Both the position numbers and the translations under genes were made by a program. The notes under the pieces were generated by a model. It was not told the DNA's origin and did not search any database. It saw nothing but the letters and a program-made list of their open reading frames with translations. Of a DNA stretch of 64,000 bases, positions 1-12,300 are shown one piece after another. The DNA lies in NCBI GenBank assembly GCA_964057225.1, contig OZ059898.1, forward strand, positions 20,522,001 through 20,586,000. Direction: 5' to 3'. The DNA comes from Auanema rhodensis. Its lineage: Eukaryota > Animalia > Nematoda. Every line of letters starts with the position of its first letter. Within the stretch, counting starts at the first letter, position 1.

Positions 1-7
1 TGATATC

Positions 8-74
8 TCGGTGCATTTTTAAGCTAGCGCAAATCTGATAACACAGATCGACGCAGCTTAAAAATCCGCATCGA
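8..74. other. Imperfect inverted repeat of about 30 bp (hairpin/cruciform 1), present in every full-length monomer
   Basis: ATTTTTAAGCT (15-25) is the exact reverse complement of AGCTTAAAAAT (55-65). Further pairs are ATCTG (33-37)/CAGAT (44-48), GCG (27-29)/CGC (52-54) and TCGGTGC (8-14)/GCATCGA (68-74, one G-T). The loop is ATAACA. Confidence 0.9.
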
Positions 75-148
75 ATGCACTTAACTACATTGAGAAACGC
101 TTGATACAAAAATTAGTTATGATCGTTTGAAAAATGATGCATTAGTGT

Positions 149-176
149 ATGTTGAGTTTCCATGTACACTCAACAT
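149..176. other. Perfect 9-bp inverted repeat with a 10-nt spacer (hairpin 2)
   Basis: ATGTTGAGT (149-157) pairs with ACTCAACAT (168-176). Confidence 0.88.
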
Positions 177-199
177 TGCTTCCAAAAACATTTTGACAA

Positions 200-218
200 A
201 AATTTTTTCGAAAAATTT
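200..218. other. A/T-tract palindrome centred on a CpG (hairpin 3)
   Basis: TTTTTCGAAAAA (204-215) is a perfect 12-bp palindrome, extending to AAATTTTT(T)CGAAAAATTT with a 1-nt bulge. Confidence 0.8.
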
Positions 219-326
219 CAGAATAATTTAGCAAAAAGTAGATGTTTTTAGATTCCATTTTTCAAGGCAAAGACGATGGACAATGTTATTCAACGAAAAA
301 ATTAATTCTTCAGGGTGAAAATCGAG

Positions 327-348
327 GATATAAGTGTGAACTTATATC
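327..348. other. Perfect 9-bp inverted repeat with a 4-nt loop (hairpin 4)
   Basis: GATATAAGT (327-335) pairs with ACTTATATC (340-348) around the loop GTGA. Confidence 0.88.
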
Positions 349-3300
349 AGTTGATATCTCGGTGCATTTTTAAGCTAGCGCAAATCTGATAACACAGATC
401 GACGCAGCTTAAAAATCCGCATCGAATGCACTAAACTACATTGAGAAACGCTTGATACAAAAATTAGTTATGATCGTTTGAAAAATGATGCATTAGTGTA
501 TGTTGAGTTTCCATGTACACTCAACATTGCTTCCAAAAACATTTTGACAAAAATTTTTTCGAAAAATTTCAGAATAATTTAGCAAAAAGTAGATGTTTTT
601 AGATTCCATTTTTCAAGGCAAAGACGATGGACAATGTTATTCAACGAAAAAATTAATTCTTCAGGGTGAAAATCGAGGATATAAGTGTGAACTTATATCA
701 GTTGATATCTCGGTGCATTTTTAAGCTAGCGCAAATCTGATAACACAGATCGACGCAGCTTAAAAATCCGCATCGAATGCACTAAACTACATTGAGAAAC
801 GCTTAATACAGAAATTAGTTATGATCGTTTGAAAAATGATGCATTAGTGTATGTTGAGTTTCCATGTACACTCAACAATGCTTCCAAAAACATTTTGACA
901 AAAATTTTTTCGAAAAATTTCAAAATAATTTAGCAAAAAGTAGATGTTTTTAGATTCCTTTTTTCAAGGCAAAGACGATGGACAATGTTATTCAACGAAA
1001 AAATTATTCCTTCAGGGTGAAAATCGAGGATATAAGTGTGAACTTATATCAGTTGATATCTCGGTGCATTTTTAAGCTAGCGCAAATCTGATAACACAGA
1101 TCGACGCAGCTTAAAAATCCGCATCGAATGCACTATACTACATTGAGAAACGCTTAATACAAAAATTAGTTATGATCGTTTGAAAAATGATGCATTAGTG
1201 TATGTTGAGTTTCCATGTACACTCAACAATGCTTCCAAAAACATTTTGACAAAAATTTTTTCGAAAAATTTCAAAATAATTTAGCAAAAAGTAGATGTTT
1301 TTAGATTCCATTTTTCAAGGCAAAGACGATGGACAATGTTATTCAACGAAAAAATTATTCCTTCAGGGTGAAAATCGAGGATATAAGTGTGAACTTATAT
1401 CAGTTGATATCTCGGTGCATTTTTAAGCTAGCGCAAATCTGATAACACAGATCGACGCAGCTTAAAAATCCGCATCGAATGCACTAAACTACATTGAGAA
1501 ACGCTTAATACAGAAATTAGTTATGATCGTTTGAAAAATGATGCATTAGTGTATGTTGAGTTTCCATGTACACTCAACAATGCTTCCAAAAACATTTTGA
1601 CAAAAATTTTTTCGAAAAATTTCAAAATAATTTAGCAAAAAGTAGATGTTTTTAGATTCCTTTTTTCAAGGCAAAGACGATGGACAATGTTATTCAACGA
1701 AAAAATTATTCCTTCAGGGTGAAAATCGAGGATATAAGTGTGAACTTATATCAGTTGATATCTCGGTGCATTTTTAAGCTAGCGCAAATCTGATAACACA
1801 GATCGACGCAGCTTAAAAATCCGCATCGAATGCACTAAACTACATTGAGAAACGCTTGATACAAAAATTAGTTATGATCGTTTGAAAAATGATGCATTAG
1901 TGTATGTTGAGTTTCCATGTACACTCAACATTGCTTCCAAAAACATTTTGACAAAAATTTTTTCGAAAAATTTCAGAATAATTTAGCAAAAAGTAGATGT
2001 TTTTAGATTCCATTTTTCAAGGCAAAGACGATGGACAATGTTATTCAACGAAAAAATTAATTCTTCAGGGTGAAAATCGAGGATATAAGTGTGAACTTAT
2101 ATCAGTTGATATCTCGGTGCATTTTTAAGCTAGCGCAAATCTGATAACACAGATCGACGCAGCTTAAAAATCCGCATCGAATGCACTAAACTACATTGAG
2201 AAACGCTTGATACAAAAATTAGTTATGATCGTTTGAAAAATGATGCATTAGTGTATGTTGAGTTTCCATGTACACTCAACATTGCTTCCAAAAACATTTT
2301 GACAAAAATTTTTTCGAAAAATTTCAGAATAATTTAGCAAAAAGTAGATGTTTTTAGATTCCATTTTTCAAGGCAAAGACGATGGACAATGTTATTCAAC
2401 GAAAAAAAAAATTCTTCAGGGTGAAAATCGAGGATATAAGTGTGAACTTATATCAGTTGATATCTCGGTGCATTTTTAAGCTAGCGCAAATCTGATAACA
2501 CAGATCGACGCAGCTTAAAAATCCGCATCGAATGCACTAAACTACATTGAGAAACGCTTAATACAGAAATTAGTTATGATCGTTTGAAAAATGATGCATT
2601 AGTGTATGTTGAGTTTCCATGTACACTCAACAATGCTTCCAAAAACATTTTGACAAAAATTTTTTCGAAAAATTTCAAAATAATTTAGCAAAAAGTAGAT
2701 GTTTTTAGATTCCTTTTTTCAAGGCAAAGACGATGGACAATGTTATTCAACGAAAAAATTATTCCTTCAGGGTGAAAATCGAGGATATAAGTGTGAACTT
2801 ATATCAGTTGATATCTCGGTGCATTTTTAAGCTAGCGCAAATCTGATAACACAGATCGACGCAGCTTAAAAATCCGCATCGAATGCACTATACTACATTG
2901 AGAAACGCTTAATACAAAAATTAGTTATGATCGTTTGAAAAATGATGCATTAGTGTATGTTGAGTTTCCATGTACACTCAACATTGCTTCCAAAAACATT
3001 TTGACAAAAATTTTTTTGAAAAATTTCAGAATAATTTAGCAAAAAGTAGATGTTTTTAGATTCCATTTTTCAAGGCAAAGACGATGGACAATGTTATTCA
3101 ACGAAAAAATTAATTCTTCAGGGTGAAAATCGAGGATATAAGTGTGAACTTATATCAGTTGATATCTCGGTGCATTTTTAAGCTAGCGCAAATCTGATAA
3201 CACAGATCGGCGCAGCTTAAAAATCCGCATCGAATGCACTATACTACATTGAGAAACGCTTAATACAAAAATTAGTTATGATCCCTTGAAAAATGATGCA

Positions 3301-6300
3301 TTAGTGTATGTTGAGTTTCCATGTACACTCAACAATGCTTCCAAAAACATTTTGACAAAAATTTTTTCGAAAAATTTCAAAATAATTTAGCAAAAAGTAG
3401 ATGTTTTTAGATTCCATTTTTCAAGGCAAAGACGATGGACAATGTTATTCAACGAAAAAATTAATTCTTCAGGGTGAAAATCGAGGATATAAGTGTGAAC
3501 TTATATCAGTTGATATCTCGGTGCATTTTTAAGCTAGCGCAAATCTGATAACACAGATCGACGCAGCTTAAAAATCCGCATCGAATGCACTATACTACAT
3601 TGAGAAACGCTTAATACAAAAATTAGTTATGATCGTTTGAAAAATGATGCATTAGTGTATGTTGAGTTTCCATGTACACTCAACATTGCTTCCAAAAACA
3701 TTTTGACAAAAATTTTTTCGAAAAATTTCAAAATAATTTAGCAAAAAGTAGATGTTTTTAGATTCCATTTTTCAAGGCAAAGACGATGGACAATGTTATT
3801 CAACGAAAAAATTATTCCTTCAGGGTGAAAATCGAGGATATAAGTGTGAACTTATATCAGTTGATATCTCGGTGCATTTTTAAGCTAGCGCAAATCTGAT
3901 AACACAGATCGACGCAGCTTAAAAATCCGTATCGAATGCACTAAACTACATTGGGAAACGCTTGATACAAAAATTAGTTATGATCGTTTGAAAAATGATG
4001 CATTAGTGTATGTTGAGTTTCCATGTACACTCAACATTGCTTCCAAAAACATTTTGACAAAAATTTTTATGAAAAATTTCAAAATAATTTAGCAAAAAGT
4101 AGATGTTTTTAGATTCCTTTTTTCAAGGCAAAGACGATGGACAATGTTATTCAACGAAAAAATTAATTCTTCAGGGTGAAAATCGAGGATATAAGTGTGA
4201 ACTTATATCAGTTGATATCTCGGTGCATTTTTAAGCTAGCGCAAATCTGATAACACAGATCGACGCAGCTTAAAAATCCGCATCGAATGCACTATACTAC
4301 ATTGAGAAACGCTTAATACAAAAATTAGTTATGATCCCTTGAAAAATGATGCATTAGTGTATGTTGAGTTTCCATGTACACTCAACAATGCTTCCAAAAA
4401 CATTTTGACAAAAATTTTTTCGAAAAATTTCAAAATAATTTAGCAAAAAGTAGATGTTTTTAGATTCCATTTTTCAAGGCAAAGACGATGAACAATGTTA
4501 TTCAACGAAAAAATTAATTCTTCAGGGTGAAAATCGAGGATATAAGTGTGAACTTATATCAGTTGATATCTCGGTGCATTTTTAAGCTAGCGCAAATCTG
4601 ATAACACAGATCGACGCAGCTTAAAAATCCGCATCGAATGCACTATACTACATTGAGAAACGCTTAATACAAAAATTAGTTATGATCGTTTGAAAAATGA
4701 TGCATTAGTGTATGTTGAGTTTCCATGTACACTCAACATTGCTTCCAAAAACATTTTGACAAAAATTTTTTCGAAAAATTTCAAAATAATTTAGCAAAAA
4801 GTAGATGTTTTTAGATTCCTTTTTTCAAGGCAAAGACGATGGACAATGTTATTCAACGAAAAAATTATTCCTTCAGGGTGAAAATCGAGGATATAAGTGT
4901 GAACTTATATCAGTTGATATCTCGGTGCATTTTTAAGCTAGCGCAAATCTGATAACACAGATCGACGCAGCTTAAAAATCCGCATCGAATGCACTATACT
5001 ACATTGAGAAACGCTTAATACAAAAATTAGTTATGATCGTTTGAAAAATGATGCATTAGTGTATGTTGAGTTTCCATGTACACTCAACATTGCTTCCAAA
5101 AACATTTTGACAAAAATTTTTTCGAAAAATTTCAGAATAATTTAGCAAAAAGTAGATGTTTTTAGATTCCATTTTTCAAGGCAAAGACGATGGACAATGT
5201 TATTCAACGAAAAAATTAATTCTTCAGGGTGAAAATCGAGGATATAAGTGTGAACTTATATCAGTTGATATCTCGGTGCATTTTTAAGCTAGCGCAAATC
5301 TGATAACACAGATCGACGCAGCTTAAAAATCCGCATCGAATGCACTATACTACATTGAGAAACGTTTAATACAAAAATTAGTTATGATCGTTTGAAAAAT
5401 GATGCATTAGTGTATGTTGAGTTTCCATGTACACTCAACATTGCTTCCAAAAACATTTTGACAAAAATTTTTTCGAAAAATTTCAGAATAATTTAGCAAA
5501 AAGTAGATGTTTTTAGATTCCATTTTTCAAGGCAAAGACGATGGACAATGTTATTCAACGAAAAAATTAATTCTTCAGGGTGAAAATCGAGGATATAAGT
5601 GTGAACTTATATCAGTTGATATCTCGGTGCATTTTTAAGCTAGCGCAAATCTGATAACACAGATCGAAGCAGCTTAAAAATCCGCATCGAATGCACTATA
5701 CTACATTGAGAAACGCTTAATACAAAAATTAGTTATGATCGTTTGAAAAATGATGCATTAGTGTATGTTGAGTTTCCATGTACACTCAACATTGCTTCCA
5801 AAAACATTTTGACAAAAATTTTTTCGAAAAATTTCAAAATAATTTAGCAAAAAGTAGATGTTTTTAGATTCCTTTTTTCAAGGCAAAGACGATGGACAAT
5901 GTTATTCAACGAAAAAATTATTCCTTCAGGGTGAAAATCGAGGATATAAGTGTGAACTTATATCAGTTGATATCTCGGTGCATTTTTAAGCTAGAGCAAA
6001 TCTGATAACACAGATCGACGCAGCTTAAAAATCCGCATCGAATGCACTATACTACATTGAGAAACGCTTAATACAAAAATTAGTTATGATCGTTTGAAAA
6101 ATGATGCATTAGTGTATGTTGAGTTTCCATGTACACTCAACATTGCTTCCAAAAACATTTTGACAAAAATTTTTTCGAAAAATTTCAAAATAATTTAGCA
6201 AAAAGTAGATGTTTTTAGATTCCATTTTTCAAGGCAAAGACGATGGACAATGTTATTCAACGAAAAAATTATTCCTTCAGGGTGAAAATCGAGGATATAA

Positions 6301-9300
6301 GTGTGAACTTATATCAGTTGATATCTCGGTGCATTTTTAAGCTAGCGCAAATCTGATAACACAGATCGACGCAGCTTAAAAATCCGCATCGAATGCACTA
6401 AACTACATTGAGAAACGCTTGATACAAAAATTAGTTATGATCGTTTGAAAAATGATGCATTAGTGTATGTTGAGTTTCCATGTGCACTCAACATTGCTTC
6501 CAAAAACATTTTGACAAAAATTTTTTCGAAAAATTTCAGAATAATTTAGCAAAAAGTAGATGTTTTTAGATTCCATTTTTCAAGGCAAAGACGATGGACA
6601 ATGTTATTCAACGAAAAAATTATTCCTTCAGGGTGAAAATCGAGGATATAAGTGTGAACTTATATCAGTTGATATCTCGGTGCATTTTTAAGCTAGCGCA
6701 AATCTGATAACACAGATCGACGCAGCTTAAAAATCCGCATCGAATGCACTATACTACATTGAGAAACGCTTAATACAAAAATTAGTTATGATCGTTTGAA
6801 AAATGATGCATTAGTGTATGTTGAGTTTCCATGTACACTCAACATTGCTTCCAAAAACATTTTGACAAAAATTTTTTCGAAAAATTTCAGAATAATTTAG
6901 CAAAAAGTAGATGTTTTTAGATTCCATTTTTCAAGGCAAAGACGATGGACAATGTTATTCAACGAAAAAATTATTCCTTCAGGGTGAAAATTGAGGATAT
7001 AAGTGTGAACTTATATCAGTTGATATCTCGGTGCATTTTTAAGCTAGCGCAAATCTGATAACACAGATCGACGCAGCTTAAAAATCCGCATCGAATGCAC
7101 TATACTACATTGAGAAACGCTTAATACAAAAATTAGTTATGATCGTTTGAAAAATGATGCATTAGTGTATGTTGAGTTTCCATGTACACTCAACATTGCT
7201 TCCAAAAACATTTTGACAAAAATTTTTTCGAAAAATTTCAAAATAATTTAGCAAAAAGTAGATGTTTTTAGATTCCTTTATTCAAGGCAAAGACGATGGA
7301 CAATGTTATTCAACGAAAAAATTAATTCTTCAGGGTGAAAATCGAGGATATAAATGTGAACTTATATCAGTTGATATCTCGGTGCATTTTTAAGCTAGCG
7401 CAAATCTGATAACACAGATCGACGCAGCTTAAAAATCCGCATCGAATGCACTATACTACATTGAGAAACGCTTAATACAAAAATTAGTTATGATCGTTTG
7501 AAAAATGATGCATTAGTGTATGTTGAGTTTCCATGTACACTCAACATTGCTTCCAAAAACATTTTGACAAAAATTTTTTTGAAAAATTTCAGAATAATTT
7601 AGCAAAAAGTAGATGTTTTTAGATTCCATTTTTCAAGGCAAAGACGATGGACAATGTTATTCAACGAAAAAATTAATTCTTCAGGGTGAAAATCGAGGAT
7701 ATAAGTGTGAACTTATATCAGTTGATATCTCGGTGCATTTTTAAGCTAGCGCAAATCTGATAACACAGATCGGCGCAGCTTAAAAATCCGCATCGAATGC
7801 ACTATACTACATTGAGAAACGCTTAATACAAAAATTAGTTATGATCCTTTGAAAAATGATGCATTAGTGTATGTTGAGTTTCCATGTACACTCAACAATG
7901 CTTCCAAAAACACTTTGACAAAAATTTTTTCGAAAAATTTCAAAATAATTTAGCAAAAAGTAGATGTTTTTAGATTCCTTTTTTCAAGGCAAAGACGATG
8001 GACAATGTTATTCAACGAAAAAATTATTCCTTCACGGTGAAAATCGAGGATATAAGTGTGAACTTATATCAGTTGATATCTCGGTGCATTTTTAAGCTAG
8101 CGCAAATCTGATAACACAGATCGACGCAGCTTAAAAATCCGCATCGAATGCACTATACTACATTGAGAAACGCTTAATACAAAAATTAGTTATGATCGTT
8201 TGAAAAATGATGCATTAGTGTATGTTGAGTTTCCATGTACACTCAACATTGCTTCCAAAAACATTTTGACAAAAATTTTTTCGAAAAATTTCAAAATAAT
8301 TTAGCAAAAAGTAGATGTTTTTAAATTTTTTATTTCAAGACAAAGACGATGGACATTGTTATTCAACGAAAAAATTAATTCTTCAGGGTGAAAATCGAGG
8401 ATATAAGTGTGAACTTATATCAGTTGATATCTCGGTGCATTTTTAAGCTAGCGCAAATCTGATAACACAGATCGACGCAGCTTAAAAATCCGCATCGAAT
8501 GCACTATACTACATTGAGAAACGCTTAATACAAAAATTAGTTATGATCGTTTGAAAAATGATGCATTAGTGTATGTTGAGTTTCCATGTACACTCAACAT
8601 TGCTTCCAAAAACATTTTGACAAAAATTTTTTCGAAAAATTTCAAAATAATTTAGCAAAAAGTAGATGTTTTTAGATTCCTTCATTCAAGGCAAAGACGA
8701 TGGACAATGTTATTCAACGAAAAAATTAATTCTTCAGGGTGAAAATCGAGGATATAAGTGTGAACTTATATCAGTTGATATCTCGGTGCATTTTTAAGCT
8801 AGCGCAAATCTGATAACACAGATCGACGCAGCTTAAAAATCCGCATCGAATGCACTATACTACATTGAGAAACGTTTGATACAAAAATTAGTTATGATCG
8901 TTTGAAAAATGATGCATTAGTGTATGTTGAGTTTCCATGTACACTCAACATTGCTTCCAAAAACATTTTGACAAAAATTTTTTCGAAAAATTTCAAAATA
9001 ATTTAGCAAAAAGTAGATGTTTTTAGATTCCTTCATTCAAGGCAAAGACGATGGACAATGTTATTCAACGAAAAAATTAATTCTTCAGGGTGAAAATCGA
9101 GGATATAAGTGTGAACTTATATCAGTTGATATCTCGGTGCATTTTTAAGCTAGCGCAAATCTGATAACACAGATCGACGCAGCTTAAAAATCCGCATCGA
9201 ATGCACTATACTACATTGAGAAACGCTTAATACAAAAATTAGTTATGATCGTTTGAAAAATGATGCATTAGTGTATGTTGAGTTTCCATGTACACTCAAC

Positions 9301-12300
9301 ATTGCTTCCAAAAACATTTTGACAAAAATTTTTTCGAAAAATTTCAGAATAATTTAGCAAAAAGTAGATGTTTTTAGATTCCATTTTTCAAGGCAAAGAC
9401 GATGGACAATGTTATTCAACGAAAAAATTATTCCTTCAGGGTGAAAATTGAGGATATAAGTGTGAACTTATATCAGTTGATATCTCGGTGCATTTTTAAG
9501 CTAGCGCAAATCTGATAACACAGATCGACGCAGCTTAAAAATCCGCATCGAATGCACTATACTACATTGAGAAACGCTTAATACAAAAATTAGTTATGAT
9601 CGTTTGAAAAATGATGCATTAGTGTATGTTGAGTTTCCATGTACACTCAACATTGCTTCCAAAAACATTTTGACAAAAATTTTTTCGAAAAATTTCAGAA
9701 TAATTTAGCAAAAAGTAGATGTTTTTAGATTCCATTTTTCAAGGCAAAGACGATGGACAATGTTATTCAACGAAAAAATTATTCCTTCAGGGTGAAAATC
9801 GAGGATATAAGTGTGAACTTATATCAGTTGATATCTCGGTGCATTTTTAAGCTAGCGCAAATCTGATAACACAGATCGACGCAGCTTAAAAATCCGCATC
9901 GAATGCACTATACTACATTGAGAAACGCTTAATACAAAAATTAGTTATGATCGTTTGAAAAATGATGCATTAGTGTATGTTGAGTTTCCATGTACACTCA
10001 ACATTGCTTCCAAAAACATTTTGACAAAAATTTTTTCGAAAAATTTCAAAATAATTTAGCAAAAAGTAGATGTTTTTAGATTCCTTTATTCAAGGCAAAG
10101 ACGATGGACAATGTTATTCAACGAAAAAATTAATTCTTCAGGGTGAAAATCGAGGATATAAATGTGAACTTATATCAGTTGATATCTCGGTGCATTTTTA
10201 AGCTAGCGCAAATCTGATAACACAGATCGACGCAGCTTAAAAATCCGCATCGAATGCACTATACTACATTGAGAAACGCTTAATACAAAAATTAGTTATG
10301 ATCGTTTGAAAAATGATGCATTAGTGTATGTTGAGTTTCCATGTACACTCAACATTGCTTCCAAAAACATTTTGACAAAAATTTTTTTGAAAAATTTCAG
10401 AATAATTTAGCAAAAAGTAGATGTTTTTAGATTCCATTTTTCAAGGCAAAGACGATGGACAATGTTATTCAACGAAAAAATTAATTCTTCAGGGTGAAAA
10501 TCGAGGATATAAGTGTGAACTTATATCAGTTGATATCTCGGTGCATTTTTAAGCTAGCGCAAATCTGATAACACAGATCGGCGCAGCTTAAAAATCCGCA
10601 TCGAATGCACTATACTACATTGAGAAACGCTTAATACAAAAATTAGTTATGATCCTTTGAAAAATGATGCATTAGTGTATGTTGAGTTTCCATGTACACT
10701 CAACAATGCTTCCAAAAACACTTTGACAAAAATTTTTTCGAAAAATTTCAAAATAATTTAGCAAAAAGTAGATGTTTTTAGATTCCTTTTTTCAAGGCAA
10801 AGACGATGGACAATGTTATTCAACGAAAAAATTATTCCTTCACGGTGAAAATCGAGGATATAAGTGTGAACTTATATCAGTTGATATCTCGGTGCATTTT
10901 TAAGCTAGCGCAAATCTGATAACACAGATCGACGCAGCTTAAAAATCCGCATCGAATGCACTATACTACATTGAGAAACGTTTGATACAAAAATTAGTTA
11001 TGATCGTTTGAAAAATGATGCATTAGTGTATGTTGAGTTTCCATGTACACTCAACATTGCTTCCAAAAACATTTTGACAAAAATTTTTTCGAAAAATTTC
11101 AAAATAATTTAGCAAAAAGTAGATGTTTTTAGATTCCTTCATTCAAGGCAAAGACGATGGACAATGTTATTCAACGAAAAAATTAATTCTTCAGGGTGAA
11201 AATCGAGGATATAAGTGTGAACTTATATCAGTTGATATCTCGGTGCATTTTTAAGCTAGCGCAAATCTGATAACACAGATCGACGCAGCTTAAAAATCCG
11301 CATCGAATGCACTATACTACATTGAGAAACGCTTAATACAAAAATTAGTTATGATCGTTTGAAAAATGATGCATTAGTGTATGTTGAGTTTCCATGTACA
11401 CTCAACATTGCTTCCAAAAACATTTTGACAAAAATTTTTTCGAAAAATTTCAGAATAATTTAGCAAAAAGTAGATGTTTTTAGATTCCATTTTTCAAGGC
11501 AAAGACGATGGACAATGTTATTCAACGAAAAAATTATTCCTTCAGGGTGAAAATTGAGGATATAAGTGTGAACTTATATCAGTTGATATCTCGGTGCATT
11601 TTTAAGCTAGCGCAAATCTGATAACACAGATCGACGCAGCTTAAAAATCCGCATCGAATGCACTATACTACATTGAGAAACGCTTAATACAAAAATTAGT
11701 TATGATCGTTTGAAAAATGATGCATTAGTGTATGTTGAGTTTCCATGTACACTCAACATTGCTTCCAAAAACATTTTGACAAAAATTTTTTCGAAAAATT
11801 TCAGAATAATTTAGCAAAAAGTAGATGTTTTTAGATTCCATTTTTCAAGGCAAAGACGATGGACAATGTTATTCAACGAAAAAATTATTCCTTCAGGGTG
11901 AAAATCGAGGATATAAGTGTGAACTTATATCAGTTGATATCTCGGTGCATTTTTAAGCTAGCGCAAATCTGATAACACAGATCGACGCAGCTTAAAAATC
12001 CGCATCGAATGCACTATACTACATTGAGAAACGCTTAATACAAAAATTAGTTATGATCGTTTGAAAAATGATGCATTAGTGTATGTTGAGTTTCCATGTA
12101 CACTCAACATTGCTTCCAAAAACATTTTGACAAAAATTTTTTCGAAAAATTTCAAAATAATTTAGCAAAAAGTAGATGTTTTTAGATTCCTTTATTCAAG
12201 GCAAAGACGATGGACAATGTTATTCAACGAAAAAATTAATTCTTCAGGGTGAAAATCGAGGATATAAATGTGAACTTATATCAGTTGATATCTCGGTGCA

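Larger units (their letters stand above)
1..351. repeat. Representative 351-bp monomer (phase arbitrary)
   Basis: Hand count gives 53 C and 59 G (31.9% GC) and 12 CpG. Sites include EcoRV (2-7), NheI (23-28), NsiI (137-142), BsrGI (163-168) and BstBI (207-212). An A/T-tract-rich block spans about 183-262. Confidence 0.98.
1..7020. repeat. Left sub-domain: monomers lacking the A, C, D and E block markers
   Basis: CACTAAAC, CTTGATAC and TACAGAAAT alleles are common here. CCTTTATTC, CACGGTG and AAATTTTTTATTTCAAGAC first appear after 7021. Confidence 0.75.

Noticed and set aside
191-230. Bacterial promoter-like TTGACA with AT-rich downstream sequence, and terminator-like hairpins
   Set aside because: No associated ORF; these are chance motifs in an AT-rich satellite.
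282-298. CENP-B box-like motif on the minus strand (TTTCGTTGAATAACATT)
   Set aside because: It matches the YTTCGTTG start of YTTCGTTGGAARCGGGA but lacks the essential CGGG half.
1-351. Tandem coding repeat (351 = 117 codons)
   Set aside because: All six frames have stops in each full monomer (plus strand: TGA 1, TAA 20, TGA 36; minus strand: complements at 19, 24, 113), and frame-breaking indels of 64, 2 and 1 bp are tolerated.
1-351. Tandem 5S rRNA, tRNA, snRNA or spliced-leader gene unit
   Set aside because: I saw no recognisable conserved RNA sequence, cloverleaf or Pol III internal promoter. An Infernal/Rfam search would settle it.
1-351. Internal dimer (2x175) or subunits of about 85 bp
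   Set aside because: GAAAAA motifs at 129, 210 and 295 and CATTG at 88 and 174 are roughly 81-86 bp apart, but I found no extended alignment and such motifs are expected in AT-rich DNA.
1-351. Assignment to known 350-360-bp satellites (Drosophila 1.688 family, tenebrionid beetle satellites)
   Set aside because: Only length and AT content are similar; I cannot support a sequence match without a database search.
2402-2411. A10 run replacing AAAAAATTAA
   Set aside because: A singleton with no length change, so a private mutation or a consensus error.
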